64,000 nucleotides of DNA from Candidatus Sediminicultor quartus (GCA_011056645.1 DSEL01000185.1:2595-66594); one strand, 5' to 3'; shown: positions 30,180-39,037, numbered from the stretch's first letter. Notes: a model not told the origin generated them from the sequence alone. Program-made: numbers and translations.

Positions 30180-30238
30180 GTAGGGATCGGATTTATCCGA
30201 CCCGTTTTCATTGCGGGTTCGATGAATCGAACCCCTAC
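30180..30238. repeat. 59-nt structured repeat, copy A (cloverleaf-like: outer stem GTAGGG/CCCTAC enclosing three hairpins)
   Basis: GTAGGG-at-CGGATttATCCG-a-CCCGttttcattgCGGG-GTTCGAtgaaTCGAAC-CCCTAC. Shares tagggNNNGGATTTATCCGANCCGTTNTCATTGNGG...AATCGAACCCCTAC with copy B at 34090-34149. Both lie in the only two sizeable intergenic gaps of the BMC operon, each just 5' of a BMC-P gene. Confidence 0.6.
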
Positions 30239-30268
30239 GGAAAGAAATGCTTATATGATTAAAGTAAT

Positions 30269-31714
30269 TTAAACAATTCTAAAATAACCAACCAAGACAC
30301 AACGTCTTTCCCTGGTAAAGGTTCTTGCTCGGGTTAAGCCCTCCCCAGTAGGAGTAGCGATGGTAAAGGAAGTATAACCGGCACCTCCAAATCCCAAACC
30401 ACTATAATTGGGTCCATTTTTTATAAAGAGAGAACAGTTCATCAATTTAGCCATCCTGGAAAGTGTAGCAATATTCCGGGAATGAATAGAAGCAGTATGC
30501 CTGAAATTATGCTCACACTGCACGGCAAAATCTATGGCTTCATCGACATGGCTAAAGCGAACCAGGGGAATCACCGGTAAAAGCTGTTCAGTCCAGACCA
30601 AGGGATGATAAGGATCTACTTCGCAAAGTAATATTTTAGTTTGATCAGAAATATCTAGTCCTATATCCCGGGCGATTATACTGGCATTTTTCCCCACATA
30701 TTCTTTATTTGGTGCCCCTTCATGCCCGGGTTTGCCCGGGTCAGCGATGACTAATTTAGTAACCTTTTCAATCTGATCGTCTTTTAATTCATAAGCGCCA
30801 TTTTTTATCATTTCCTCTTTTAATTTATCGGTAATTTGAGAAACGGCTAAAATCTCTTTCTCACATATACAGACAATATTATTATCAAATCCTGCTCCGA
30901 TCACAATGTCGCGACCGGCTTTAACTAAATCGGCAGTTTCATCAACCACACAGGGAGGATTTCCGGGACCAGCCGCAATGACTTTCTTGTTACTGTTCAT
31001 AGCGGTTTTCACTACCGCCGGACCACCGGTTACTACCAGTAATCTAATTTTAGGATGTGTCATTAAAGTTTGGGCTGAATCAATAGTCGGATTAGCAATA
31101 GCACAAAGAACGTTGGGAGGACCACCGGCTTTTACAATCGCTTGATTGATCAAGGAAACAGTCAAGCAGGAACTTCTTTTTGCTGCAGGATGAGGATTAA
31201 AAACTACCGAATTCCCACCGGTAATCATACTTATTCCATTATTAATAACTGTAGAAGTAGGGTTGGTTGAGGGTATAATAGATCCAATAACCCCATAAGC
31301 TGCTCGTTCCATCAAGGTCATTCCATGATCATCGGAGTAGGCTGTAGGTTCGAGATCTTCTATCCCCGGTGTTTTTAAAGCTGCTAATCTATTCTTTTCA
31401 ATCTTGTCTTCTATTCTGCCAAAAGTTGTTTCTTCTACCGCTAATTTAGAAATTTCTTCCAGATGATCCATTATTATTTTGCGTATGCTCCGAATAATTT
31501 CTCTACGTTGATCCAGGGTTAATTTAATCAGTTCAAGATGGGCAGTCTCGGCAGCATCCACAGCAGCATTTATTTCTTCAAATATTCCATCCTGACCAGA
31601 AAAAGGCCTGTTTAACGAATCATTTGATATTGCTTTATCACTTTTTGTATCTTCTAATTTATTAAGTACGCTTTCAATGATTGATTTTAAATCTTTTTCG
31701 TTTATTTCCATCAT
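30269..31714 (-). CDS. CoA-acylating aldehyde dehydrogenase (PduP/EutE family) with N-terminal encapsulation peptide
   Basis: 481 aa ALDH-superfamily protein with catalytic Cys region. N-terminal helix EKDLKSIIESVLNKL plus linker precede the ALDH domain. Confidence 0.85.
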   Translation of the reverse strand: MMEINEKDLKSIIESVLNKLEDTKSDKAISNDSLNRPFSGQDGIFEEINAAVDAAETAHLELIKLTLDQRREIIRSIRKIIMDHLEEISKLAVEETTFGRIEDKIEKNRLAALKTPGIEDLEPTAYSDDHGMTLMERAAYGVIGSIIPSTNPTSTVINNGISMITGGNSVVFNPHPAAKRSSCLTVSLINQAIVKAGGPPNVLCAIANPTIDSAQTLMTHPKIRLLVVTGGPAVVKTAMNSNKKVIAAGPGNPPCVVDETADLVKAGRDIVIGAGFDNNIVCICEKEILAVSQITDKLKEEMIKNGAYELKDDQIEKVTKLVIADPGKPGHEGAPNKEYVGKNASIIARDIGLDISDQTKILLCEVDPYHPLVWTEQLLPVIPLVRFSHVDEAIDFAVQCEHNFRHTASIHSRNIATLSRMAKLMNCSLFIKNGPNYSGLGFGGAGYTSFTIATPTGEGLTRARTFTRERRCVLVGYFRIV

Positions 31715-31746
31715 TTACCACCTATGTGTAAATCTCTTTTTTATCT

Positions 31747-32301
31747 TTAATAAATAAAATAAGGTTTAATCTCCGGATGAGGGTTGGGGATAATGACCTC
31801 TTTACAAATCAGACCTTTCTCACTTATGGTCTTTACCGCTGCCCTGACTGCAGCTTCCACCTCGTCTATATTACCAATCATTTTAATATAAGATTTACCA
31901 CCCATCCCTGCAGCCAATCTAATCTCGTTAACTAAAACATTAGCAGTTTTGGCAGCTATATCGGCAGCCTCAATACTGGCAACAACTGAAAAAAATTCTA
32001 CTACAGCTACTGCATCCCAAATCTTACATTCAACCGTACCGACAATTGCCGGAATAATTTGAGAATGTAAATTGGGAATAAATAATTCATCAACGATATA
32101 ACCTTCTCCAATTTCCTTACCAGCGGTAAGGGAAGCATCAACTGCTGCCACATCACCGGTAAAAAGAATGACAAATTTTCCCGGACAAATCGTCCTGGCA
32201 TCTATTACTTTTACCGAGGCAGCTTTTACTATGCCGTCTAAAGCCTTTATTCCGACTGCTATACTGTTAAATTCTAATACTCCAAGAACGATTATATCCA
32301 T
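31747..32301 (-). CDS. tandem-domain BMC shell protein (BMC-T, PduT-like)
   Basis: 184 aa with two BMC (Pfam00936-like) domains. TICPGKF Cys is at the position of the PduT [4Fe-4S] ligand. Confidence 0.8.
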   Translation of the reverse strand: MDIIVLGVLEFNSIAVGIKALDGIVKAASVKVIDARTICPGKFVILFTGDVAAVDASLTAGKEIGEGYIVDELFIPNLHSQIIPAIVGTVECKIWDAVAVVEFFSVVASIEAADIAAKTANVLVNEIRLAAGMGGKSYIKMIGNIDEVEAAVRAAVKTISEKGLICKEVIIPNPHPEIKPYFIY

Positions 32302-32321
32302 ATCTTACCTATCTTTCATCA

Positions 32322-33644
32322 TTATTTTTTAATAATAATCTTTTGCTCGTCAATATAAATTATTTTACCTTTAATGCTCGCGTGTAACCGAGCACCCAAT
32401 TTCCCTTCAGGAATTTCTGCAATAAGATCACCCTCGTTTACTTGTTCATTAACTTTCACTACAGGTTTCGAAGGAACGCCCGTGTGTTGTTTGAGCAAAA
32501 TCTCCACCTGATCGGGATCATTTTCCATTACTGGTAATGGATGTCGATCATCCTCATCATACTTTTCTAATCTCAAGCGGTTTTTAATCCTCGAACTGGG
32601 TATTTTTCTGTAATCTTGCTGCTCTCTTGGACTTTCTTTTTTCTCCGAAAACTTGGCTTGATAGCCGGATACCAGAAGATTTTCCTTAATTTTTTGATTG
32701 ATAATGCGAGGGGATAATTCCATCGGACAAGCGAACACCTCGCAAAGCCCGCATTCACTGCATAGAAAAGCATTTTGAATCATTTCGTAAGGAATATCGA
32801 GTCCAAAGTTTATCTGTCTCATAATCTTATGGGGATAAAGCTCATGACCTAATAAATAACGAGGGCATAAGTCGGTACAATAACTGCATTGACAGCAAGC
32901 AGCTTTACTTTGCTTGATAATATATTCAATTCTTAAGGTCTTCCTTAAAACTAAGGGGTGGTCTCGAGGTAAAACTAAAATCCCGGTGGTAATTTTAGTG
33001 ACCGGTGAATCAAGGTCAAAGACTACTTTGCCCATCATAGGTCCCCCCACAATAACTACAAAATCTTCCAAGGTAGGTTCACAAAGATTGATAACTTCCC
33101 GGAAAGAAGTACCAATCCGAGCAATGATGATACTCGGCTTTTTTACTTCTCCTATGCAGGTGAGTGTCCTTCTGGTTACTGCATTACCTTTCTCTGCCAT
33201 AGACACATTTCTCAAGGTCTCTACATTATTTACCAAACAACCTATATCCGGAGGAATACCCCCTTCCGGAATAACTTTACCGGTAATTTCCTGTACCAGA
33301 ATGAACTCATCACCAACTGGATAATAATCCTTAAGAAGGAATAGTGATATATTTTTCTTTCCATTTATAGCTTTGTTTAATTTTCCCGCAATAGAAAGGT
33401 ATTTTTTTTTCAGGGCAATGACCCCTTTTTTTGCACCAGTCAATTGTATAATTAACTCTAAACCTTTTATTACCTCTTCTCCCTGTCTTTCAATAATATA
33501 TTTATCATTATAAAGAAGAGGTTCACATTCTGCTCCATTTCCAATGACTACATCATATTTATTGGCAACTTTAATATGAGTAGGAAAACCAGCACCGCCA
33601 GCTCCTACTACTCCCATATCTCTGAGCACATTTTCAAGTGCCAT
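32322..33644 (-). CDS. PduS/RnfC-like flavoprotein with two [4Fe-4S] ferredoxin-type clusters
   Basis: GVVGAGGAGFPTHIK nucleotide/flavin motif; two CxxCxxCxxxCP motifs (CCQCSYCTDLCP, CSECGLCEVFACP); C-terminal barrel-sandwich-like segment GDLIAEIPEGKLGARLHASIKGKI. Confidence 0.75.
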   Translation of the reverse strand: MALENVLRDMGVVGAGGAGFPTHIKVANKYDVVIGNGAECEPLLYNDKYIIERQGEEVIKGLELIIQLTGAKKGVIALKKKYLSIAGKLNKAINGKKNISLFLLKDYYPVGDEFILVQEITGKVIPEGGIPPDIGCLVNNVETLRNVSMAEKGNAVTRRTLTCIGEVKKPSIIIARIGTSFREVINLCEPTLEDFVVIVGGPMMGKVVFDLDSPVTKITTGILVLPRDHPLVLRKTLRIEYIIKQSKAACCQCSYCTDLCPRYLLGHELYPHKIMRQINFGLDIPYEMIQNAFLCSECGLCEVFACPMELSPRIINQKIKENLLVSGYQAKFSEKKESPREQQDYRKIPSSRIKNRLRLEKYDEDDRHPLPVMENDPDQVEILLKQHTGVPSKPVVKVNEQVNEGDLIAEIPEGKLGARLHASIKGKIIYIDEQKIIIKK

Positions 33645-33674
33645 AAATTATTCCCCTTCTTATAGACTATTCGC

Positions 33675-33962
33675 CTATTTTTTAAAAACAATTTTATTGT
33701 ATGCTTCTACCATATCGACAATTCCTACAATGACGCAATCGACTGGTTTTTGATGGGTAATTTCCGTCTGTCTAGCAGAACTTCCCTGAGAAATAATCAC
33801 TATCTCTCCTACTCCTACTCCGACCAGATCTACAGCAACCAGATAATTACCATCTGTTTGCCCTTTATGGTTGCAAGTTTGAACAAGAAGACACTTCTTT
33901 CCTTTTATTCCTTCATCCATTTGGGTGCTGACTACAGTCCCCACAATTTTACCAAATATCAT
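33675..33962 (-). CDS. BMC vertex protein, EutN family (BMC-P) 3
   Basis: 95 aa, MIFGKIVGTVVSTQ...VGVGVGEIVIISQGSSARQ...VIVGIVD; closely EutN-like. Confidence 0.85.
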   Translation of the reverse strand: MIFGKIVGTVVSTQMDEGIKGKKCLLVQTCNHKGQTDGNYLVAVDLVGVGVGEIVIISQGSSARQTEITHQKPVDCVIVGIVDMVEAYNKIVFKK

Positions 33963-34089
33963 CTTAACCTCTTTTTATTAATTTCTTAAAATTTTAGGAA
34001 TAAACAAACTAGACGTTATTGAATAATCGAGCCCTTAGTGGTTAGTTTAAAATTGAAAACTTTTTGCTATAAATTAATGTTTTTTTAAA

Positions 34090-34149
34090 TAGGGGTTGAA
34101 TTTATCCGATCCGTTCTCATTGTGGCGGGTCCAATAAATCGAACCCCTA
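34090..34149. repeat. 59-60-nt structured repeat, copy B
   Basis: TAGGGGttgAATTTATCCGAtCCGTTcTCATTGtGGcgggtccaataAATCGAACCCCTA. Conserved 5' 35 nt and 3' 14 nt versus copy A; the outer stem can extend (GGGGTTgAATTT / AAATcgAACCCC). Confidence 0.6.
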
Positions 34150-34178
34150 CAAAAAAGGAAGATCTCTAAACAATTTTA

Positions 34179-34469
34179 TTATTTTTTGTATACATATTCT
34201 CCTTTAATATCTATAGAATCAACGATAGATATTATTGTTGCATCACTCGGTTTTCCTTCGGTAGTTGCCGTCATCCTGGAACTACTTCCGGCCACAAAAA
34301 AGACTATTTCCCCTAATCCTGCTCCCACACTATCCATTGCTACCAGATAATCGCCTTTCCCCTGCATGTTGGTAGGATTAATTTTCTCCAGAAGTAAAAA
34401 TTTTATGCCCTCAATTTTCGGTTCTTTCCTGGTTGATACCACTGTACCCACTACTCTTGCCAGTATCAT
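34179..34469 (-). CDS. BMC vertex protein, EutN family (BMC-P) 4
   Basis: 96 aa, MILARVVGTVVSTRK...VGAGLGEIVFFVAGSSSRM...IISIVD. Confidence 0.85.
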   Translation of the reverse strand: MILARVVGTVVSTRKEPKIEGIKFLLLEKINPTNMQGKGDYLVAMDSVGAGLGEIVFFVAGSSSRMTATTEGKPSDATIISIVDSIDIKGEYVYKK

Positions 34470-34500
34470 ATTTTTTCCTCCCGTATGATGAATGTATCAA

Positions 34501-34824
34501 TTAATCAGTACTCATTTTATCTTTTTTGTTTTTACTCGGACCTCTGCCCAAAGGGAGAACACTATCTACATTACTGTGTGGCCGTGGAATAATATGAACA
34601 GAAATTACTTCACCAACTTTTTGGGCTGCTGCATTTCCGGCATCAAGGGCAGCTCGAACAGCTGCTACATCGCCACGTACAATAGCAGTATTGTACCCAC
34701 CACCAATTTTTTCATAGCCTACCAAATCTACCCTGGCTGCCTTTAACATCGCATCTGCTGCCTCTACCATTGCTACAAAACCTCTTGTTTCGATCATTCC
34801 CAATGCATCTGTATAAACGTCCAT
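34501..34824 (-). CDS. BMC hexamer shell protein (BMC-H, PduA/EutM-like) with about 15-aa C-terminal tail
   Basis: [53 protein letters not shown]...VHIIPRPH is a near-canonical PduA core. First gene of the operon; AGGAGG SD. Confidence 0.9.
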   Translation of the reverse strand: MDVYTDALGMIETRGFVAMVEAADAMLKAARVDLVGYEKIGGGYNTAIVRGDVAAVRAALDAGNAAAQKVGEVISVHIIPRPHSNVDSVLPLGRGPSKNKKDKMSTD

Positions 34825-34880
34825 CTTTCTTTTTACCTCCTTAATGTTATTTTTCTGACAAATTTTTTTACTTTTTTAAC

Positions 34881-34909
34881 ATTTTAACATACTATTTTTT
34901 TCATGTCAA
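34881..34909 (-). promoter_or_regulatory. near-consensus sigma-70 promoter of the BMC operon (TTGACA - 17 nt - TAAAAT with upstream TGn extended -10)
   Basis: On the minus strand, TTGACA is at 34909-34904, a 17-nt spacer follows, and TAAAAT is at 34886-34881, preceded by TGt. It lies 57 bp upstream of the BMC-H ATG (34824) and 28 bp upstream of the AGGAGG SD. Confidence 0.65.
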
Positions 34910-35040
34910 TACTTTTTGGTTATTTTTTATAAAACAATTAATATTTTTTATAATTTTTAAATCTCTGCAAAGATATTTAAAAATTGTTGTTGGGTAGGCT
35001 GAAAAATTAACGGATTACTAAAGAAGTTAAAATAAAAAAA

Positions 35041-36231
35041 TTATCTTTTCCTTTGAATCTTTTCCAAATATCCACACTCTCTAAAAAATTCAAGAGGATT
35101 TAAAGGAACCTTCATCTCCTCTCTTACTTTAAATAAAAGAGGTGTTATATCAGTTTCAAAGGCTTCAGTGAGCACCTTCTCCGCCATAATTATATCTTCA
35201 TCTTGTTGGAATTTTTTCAAAGATCTTCTATCTACAATGAGAGCTTTTGCATAGATTTTATGAATATTTACAACACTTTGGATCATTTCTTCAATTTTTG
35301 GCTTAAGATTGTGACATTGGTCTATCATATAAGCTATGTTGGCTTTTATTCCATCCTCTTCTGCTGATACCAGTTCATTGAAAATAAGGAAAAATTCATA
35401 AGGATTTATAGAGCCCACAGTTAGGTCATCGTCAGCATATTTTTTATTATTAAAATGGAATCCTCCCAACTTTTCCTCATCTAAAAGATAGGCTACTATC
35501 TGTTCTATATTGGTGCCTAAAGCGTGATGTCCTAAATCAACCAATACCATCGCCCTATTCCCTAATTTTAAACACAAATTATATGCGCTACCCCAATCAG
35601 GTATATCGGTATTATAAAAAGATGGTTCAAAAAATTTATATTCTATAAGTATTCGCATATCATCTGGTAAATTATCATAAATTTCTTTCAAACTATCTTC
35701 TAATCTATGCTTTCTCTCTCTTATATCATCCTGCCCGGGATAGTTGGTTCCATCGCCTAACCAGAGAGAAATATCCTTGGATTTAAGTGTCTTGGCAATA
35801 TTGATACACTCCAGAACATGATTGATAGCTTTTTTTCTCACTTTTTTATCAGGATTACAAAGACTCCCCAATCTATAATCCGGGTCTTGAAATAAATTGG
35901 GATTTATAGCTCCCGGTTTTATTCCCAAAGAAAGAGAATATTCTAAAAGAGCATGCCAATTATCAGTGATATCCCAAGGGATATGTAAAGCTATAGACGG
36001 ACATATGCCGGTGATCTTATGTACTTCTGCTGCATCCTGAATTTTTTCCCTTACACTATTAGCAGCTCCTTTTTGCTTAAAAATTGCAAAACGAGTTCCT
36101 GAATCTGAATAACCCCAACTTGGAGTTTCAATCTTTAATTCCGTTAACTTTTTCTCAATTTTACTTACATTAATTCCCTTCTCTTCCAAAGAGGATTTTA
36201 ATATTTTATAACTTGTTTTATAATCTCTCAT
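35041..36231 (-). CDS. rhaA: L-rhamnose isomerase-like sugar isomerase (RhaA family TIM barrel)
   Basis: 396 aa. N-terminal GINVSKIEKKLTELKIETPSWGY resembles RhaA GIDVEEALRQL...HCWQG. Later blocks IALHIPWD, LGIKPGAINPN, LVDLGHH and GGFHFNNKKYADDDL fit RhaA-family metal/active-site regions as recalled. Confidence 0.6.
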   Translation of the reverse strand: MRDYKTSYKILKSSLEEKGINVSKIEKKLTELKIETPSWGYSDSGTRFAIFKQKGAANSVREKIQDAAEVHKITGICPSIALHIPWDITDNWHALLEYSLSLGIKPGAINPNLFQDPDYRLGSLCNPDKKVRKKAINHVLECINIAKTLKSKDISLWLGDGTNYPGQDDIRERKHRLEDSLKEIYDNLPDDMRILIEYKFFEPSFYNTDIPDWGSAYNLCLKLGNRAMVLVDLGHHALGTNIEQIVAYLLDEEKLGGFHFNNKKYADDDLTVGSINPYEFFLIFNELVSAEEDGIKANIAYMIDQCHNLKPKIEEMIQSVVNIHKIYAKALIVDRRSLKKFQQDEDIIMAEKVLTEAFETDITPLLFKVREEMKVPLNPLEFFRECGYLEKIQRKR

Positions 36232-36291
36232 TTTAATCAGGATAAATAACCCTATTCCTCCTTTCTTTAGAATATATCTTTGTTTTCTGTT

Positions 36292-37245
36292 TTATTGAGA
36301 ATGATTCTTTAAAAATTCTTCCACTTCCTGGCGATAAGGCATAGCAGGAGCAGTACCAATTTTGGTTACATTGAGACTGGCAACAGCATTGGCAAAATAA
36401 GTCGCATCCACTAAATTCTTTCCTTCAGAAAGAGCAATAGCCAAGCCTCCATTAAAAGCATCTCCTGCTCCCGTAGTATCCACAATCTTTACTTCCTGGA
36501 AAGTAGGTACATGGGTAATCTTTTTAGAATTTACTACTAAAGCTCCTTCTTTACCCAGAGTAACCACCACATCTTTTACTCCAGCAGATATCATTTCTTT
36601 TGCAGCTTTTTCAGCTTCTTCAATTGTATTAACATTTCGATTAGTAATAAGCTCTAACTCACTTCTATTGGGAGTGATTAAAGATACTTTCTTTAAAATA
36701 TCTTTCTCTAATTTCTTCCCCGGAGCAGGATTAAGAATAGAAATAGTATGGTTAGATTTATACACCAGGCTTATAACATGTTCTACGATTTCCACCGGAA
36801 TTTCTAACTGCAGTAGTACTATATCTGCACTCATAATGAGATCTCGGGCATTTTCTACCAATTGAATATCTATTTCCATGTTAGACCCAGGAGCTACTAC
36901 TATCATATTTTCAGCAGTTTTATCATCTACTAAAATAAAAGCCATTCCCGTGTGTTGAGTTTTGCTTACCTTAAGATAGTCAATGTTGATCCTCTCTTTT
37001 ATAAAATTATTTCGGGCAATCTCCCCGAAATAATCTTCCCCTACACAACCGACGAAACAAACTTCGGCACCTAATCTTGCCGCCGCCACAGCTTGATTTG
37101 ATCCTTTCCCTCCAGGGCCTAATTTAAATGGCCCTCCCAACACAGTTTCTCCGTGTTTTGGAAGCCAGGGAGTTTTGGACATCAAATCAGTATTATAACT
37201 TCCCACAATTACAATCTTATTTTTTTTCAAACGAATCACCTCCAT
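36292..37245 (-). CDS. rbsK: ribokinase/PfkB-family carbohydrate kinase
   Basis: IVIVGSYNTDL, GGKGSNQAVAAARLGA, and DTTGAGDAFNGGLA anion-hole motif; 317 aa. Confidence 0.85.
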   Translation of the reverse strand: MEVIRLKKNKIVIVGSYNTDLMSKTPWLPKHGETVLGGPFKLGPGGKGSNQAVAAARLGAEVCFVGCVGEDYFGEIARNNFIKERINIDYLKVSKTQHTGMAFILVDDKTAENMIVVAPGSNMEIDIQLVENARDLIMSADIVLLQLEIPVEIVEHVISLVYKSNHTISILNPAPGKKLEKDILKKVSLITPNRSELELITNRNVNTIEEAEKAAKEMISAGVKDVVVTLGKEGALVVNSKKITHVPTFQEVKIVDTTGAGDAFNGGLAIALSEGKNLVDATYFANAVASLNVTKIGTAPAMPYRQEVEEFLKNHSQ

Positions 37246-37248
37246 AAA

Positions 37249-38112
37249 CTATCCTTTTACCGCTCCAAAGGTCAAACCTCTTACTAAATATTTCTGGAAA
37301 AATACTACCAAGATAACTCCGGGGATAATTGCAACCAGAGAAAGAGCCGATAATTCTCCCCATTGAATTCCATGACCCCCGATTAACTCTGAAAGAACTA
37401 CCGGTAGAGTTCTTACATTGGATCTGGTAAACATAAGGGCAAAAAGAAATTCATTCCAGGCAAAAACAAATACAAATAGTGCTGATACTACCACTCCGGG
37501 AATAATTAAGGGAAAGGTAACTTTCCGAAAAGCCCCAAAACGAGAATAACCGTCCACTAAAGCCGCAAACTCGATCTCCTCGGGTAGGTCTTCAATAAAT
37601 CCTTTAATTAGCCATATAGCAAAAGGCAAATTGATCAATAAATAAGACCATATCAAAGCAAAGTAGGTATCCACTATCCTTAAATATCTAAAAATATTAA
37701 ACAGAGGTAATACAGCGATGATAGGTGGTGCAAAGAGTAGAGAAAGAACAAAAAAAGATAAATTTGGTCCTCCAAATTTAAATCTTCCTAATCCGTAACC
37801 GGCAAAAAGGGCGAGAACAACCACTAAAGCAGTACCGATACAGGCTACAATAAGACTATCTACTGTTCCTTTTGAACCACCCAAAGAAAGTGCACGAGTA
37901 AAATTATCAAATTTAAAATGAGTAATCCAAAAAATGGGAGGATAATGGAAAAATTCTCCTTTTTCCTTAAAAGCCCCTATAAAAATCCAATAAATGGGAA
38001 AACCAAAAAGTAGAACAAAAAAAGTAAGTAATAAGTTTTGAAACCAAGTGCGTAATTTTTTCCTTTTTTCTCTTTGCCTAAATTCTTTTAATTTTTTATC
38101 ATTCATACCCAT
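37249..38112 (-). CDS. carbohydrate ABC transporter permease (CUT1, MalG/UgpE-type)
   Basis: 6-TM permease with EAA-loop region ...FAALVDGYSRFGAFRKVTFPL... Confidence 0.85.
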   Translation of the reverse strand: MGMNDKKLKEFRQREKRKKLRTWFQNLLLTFFVLLFGFPIYWIFIGAFKEKGEFFHYPPIFWITHFKFDNFTRALSLGGSKGTVDSLIVACIGTALVVVLALFAGYGLGRFKFGGPNLSFFVLSLLFAPPIIAVLPLFNIFRYLRIVDTYFALIWSYLLINLPFAIWLIKGFIEDLPEEIEFAALVDGYSRFGAFRKVTFPLIIPGVVVSALFVFVFAWNEFLFALMFTRSNVRTLPVVLSELIGGHGIQWGELSALSLVAIIPGVILVVFFQKYLVRGLTFGAVKG

Positions 38113-39012
38113 TTACACTCTCCTCCTTTGCATAACCTTTCTAACAAAGATCGTGGCAATAATAGTCATTATTATTAATTGAACTAATGCTAAGGCTGAA
38201 GTATAGCCCACTTTCCAATATTTTACCCAACTGATGTAGGTGTATAAACTAAGTGTTTCGGTGGTAATACCAGGACCTCCTCCGGTAAGAATATACACCG
38301 GGTCAAAAATCTTAAAAATCCAAATGGTCCTAAAAAGAATTACTAGAACGAACATAGGACGAAGAAGAGGTAAAGTAACACGCCAAAAGGTCTGCCACCC
38401 CGTTGCACCATCGACATCAGTCGCTTCATAGACTTGATGTGGAATAGATTGCAATCCGGCAAGTAAAATTAAAGTTACAAAGGGAGTCCATTGCCAGGTA
38501 TCAACTAAAAAAATTGAAAATAGAGCTAATTTCGGATCAGCAATCCAAGATGATCCAGCTCCGCCTAAAAATCGAATAATGTAATTCAGAGGACCATAAT
38601 GTTCGTGAAATATTATTCTCCAGTTAAACCCCAACACTACCGGGGTAACCATTATAGGTAAAGCTAAAATGGTTATTGCAAGTTTTTTAAATCTAAAATT
38701 TCTATTAAGAAGAAAGGCAAGGATTAATCCTAATATAGATTGGGCAACTATTCCGGCTATCATTAATACTGAAGTATTTTTAAAAGCATTCCAAAATCTC
38801 GCATCTTTAAACACTAATCCGAAATTGTAAAACCAGGCAAAACGTGGGGGAACAGGCACTGTAAGGCTCCAGTCAAAAAAGCTTGCGTAGAGTAAAAATC
38901 CCAAAGGTCCTACAACGGTAACCACCAGGATGATAATTGAAGGTAGGGTTATCCTTTTTGCAAAACTATTTCTTCCAATTAGAATATTGGTCGATATTTC
39001 TTTCATATACAT
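38113..39012 (-). CDS. carbohydrate ABC transporter permease (CUT1, MalF/UgpA-type)
   Basis: Multi-TM protein; EAA-like ...EATDVDGATGWQTFWRVTLPLL... Confidence 0.85.
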   Translation of the reverse strand: MYMKEISTNILIGRNSFAKRITLPSIIILVVTVVGPLGFLLYASFFDWSLTVPVPPRFAWFYNFGLVFKDARFWNAFKNTSVLMIAGIVAQSILGLILAFLLNRNFRFKKLAITILALPIMVTPVVLGFNWRIIFHEHYGPLNYIIRFLGGAGSSWIADPKLALFSIFLVDTWQWTPFVTLILLAGLQSIPHQVYEATDVDGATGWQTFWRVTLPLLRPMFVLVILFRTIWIFKIFDPVYILTGGGPGITTETLSLYTYISWVKYWKVGYTSALALVQLIIMTIIATIFVRKVMQRRRV

Positions 39013-39037
39013 CCCTCTTTCTCACTTTAAATTTAAT

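Noticed and set aside
30217-30232. GATGA...CGAA within the repeat considered as a hammerhead-like ribozyme core.
   Set aside because: There is no stem II between the CUGAnGA-like and GAAA-like boxes, and no flanking stems I and III with the required geometry.
30180-30238. Cloverleaf-shaped 59-nt element considered as a tRNA or tRNA fragment.
   Set aside because: Too short, with no 7-bp acceptor stem or CCA context. The putative anticodon arm is a 4-bp stem with a 9-nt loop. There is no GTTCGAATC T-loop. The GGTTCGA...TCGAACC stem closes a 3-4 nt loop. It fits a repeat or cis-RNA better.
30180-34149. The two-copy repeat considered as a degenerate CRISPR array.
   Set aside because: Only two copies exist, 3.9 kb apart and separated by protein-coding genes. 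There are no regular spacers and no cas genes.
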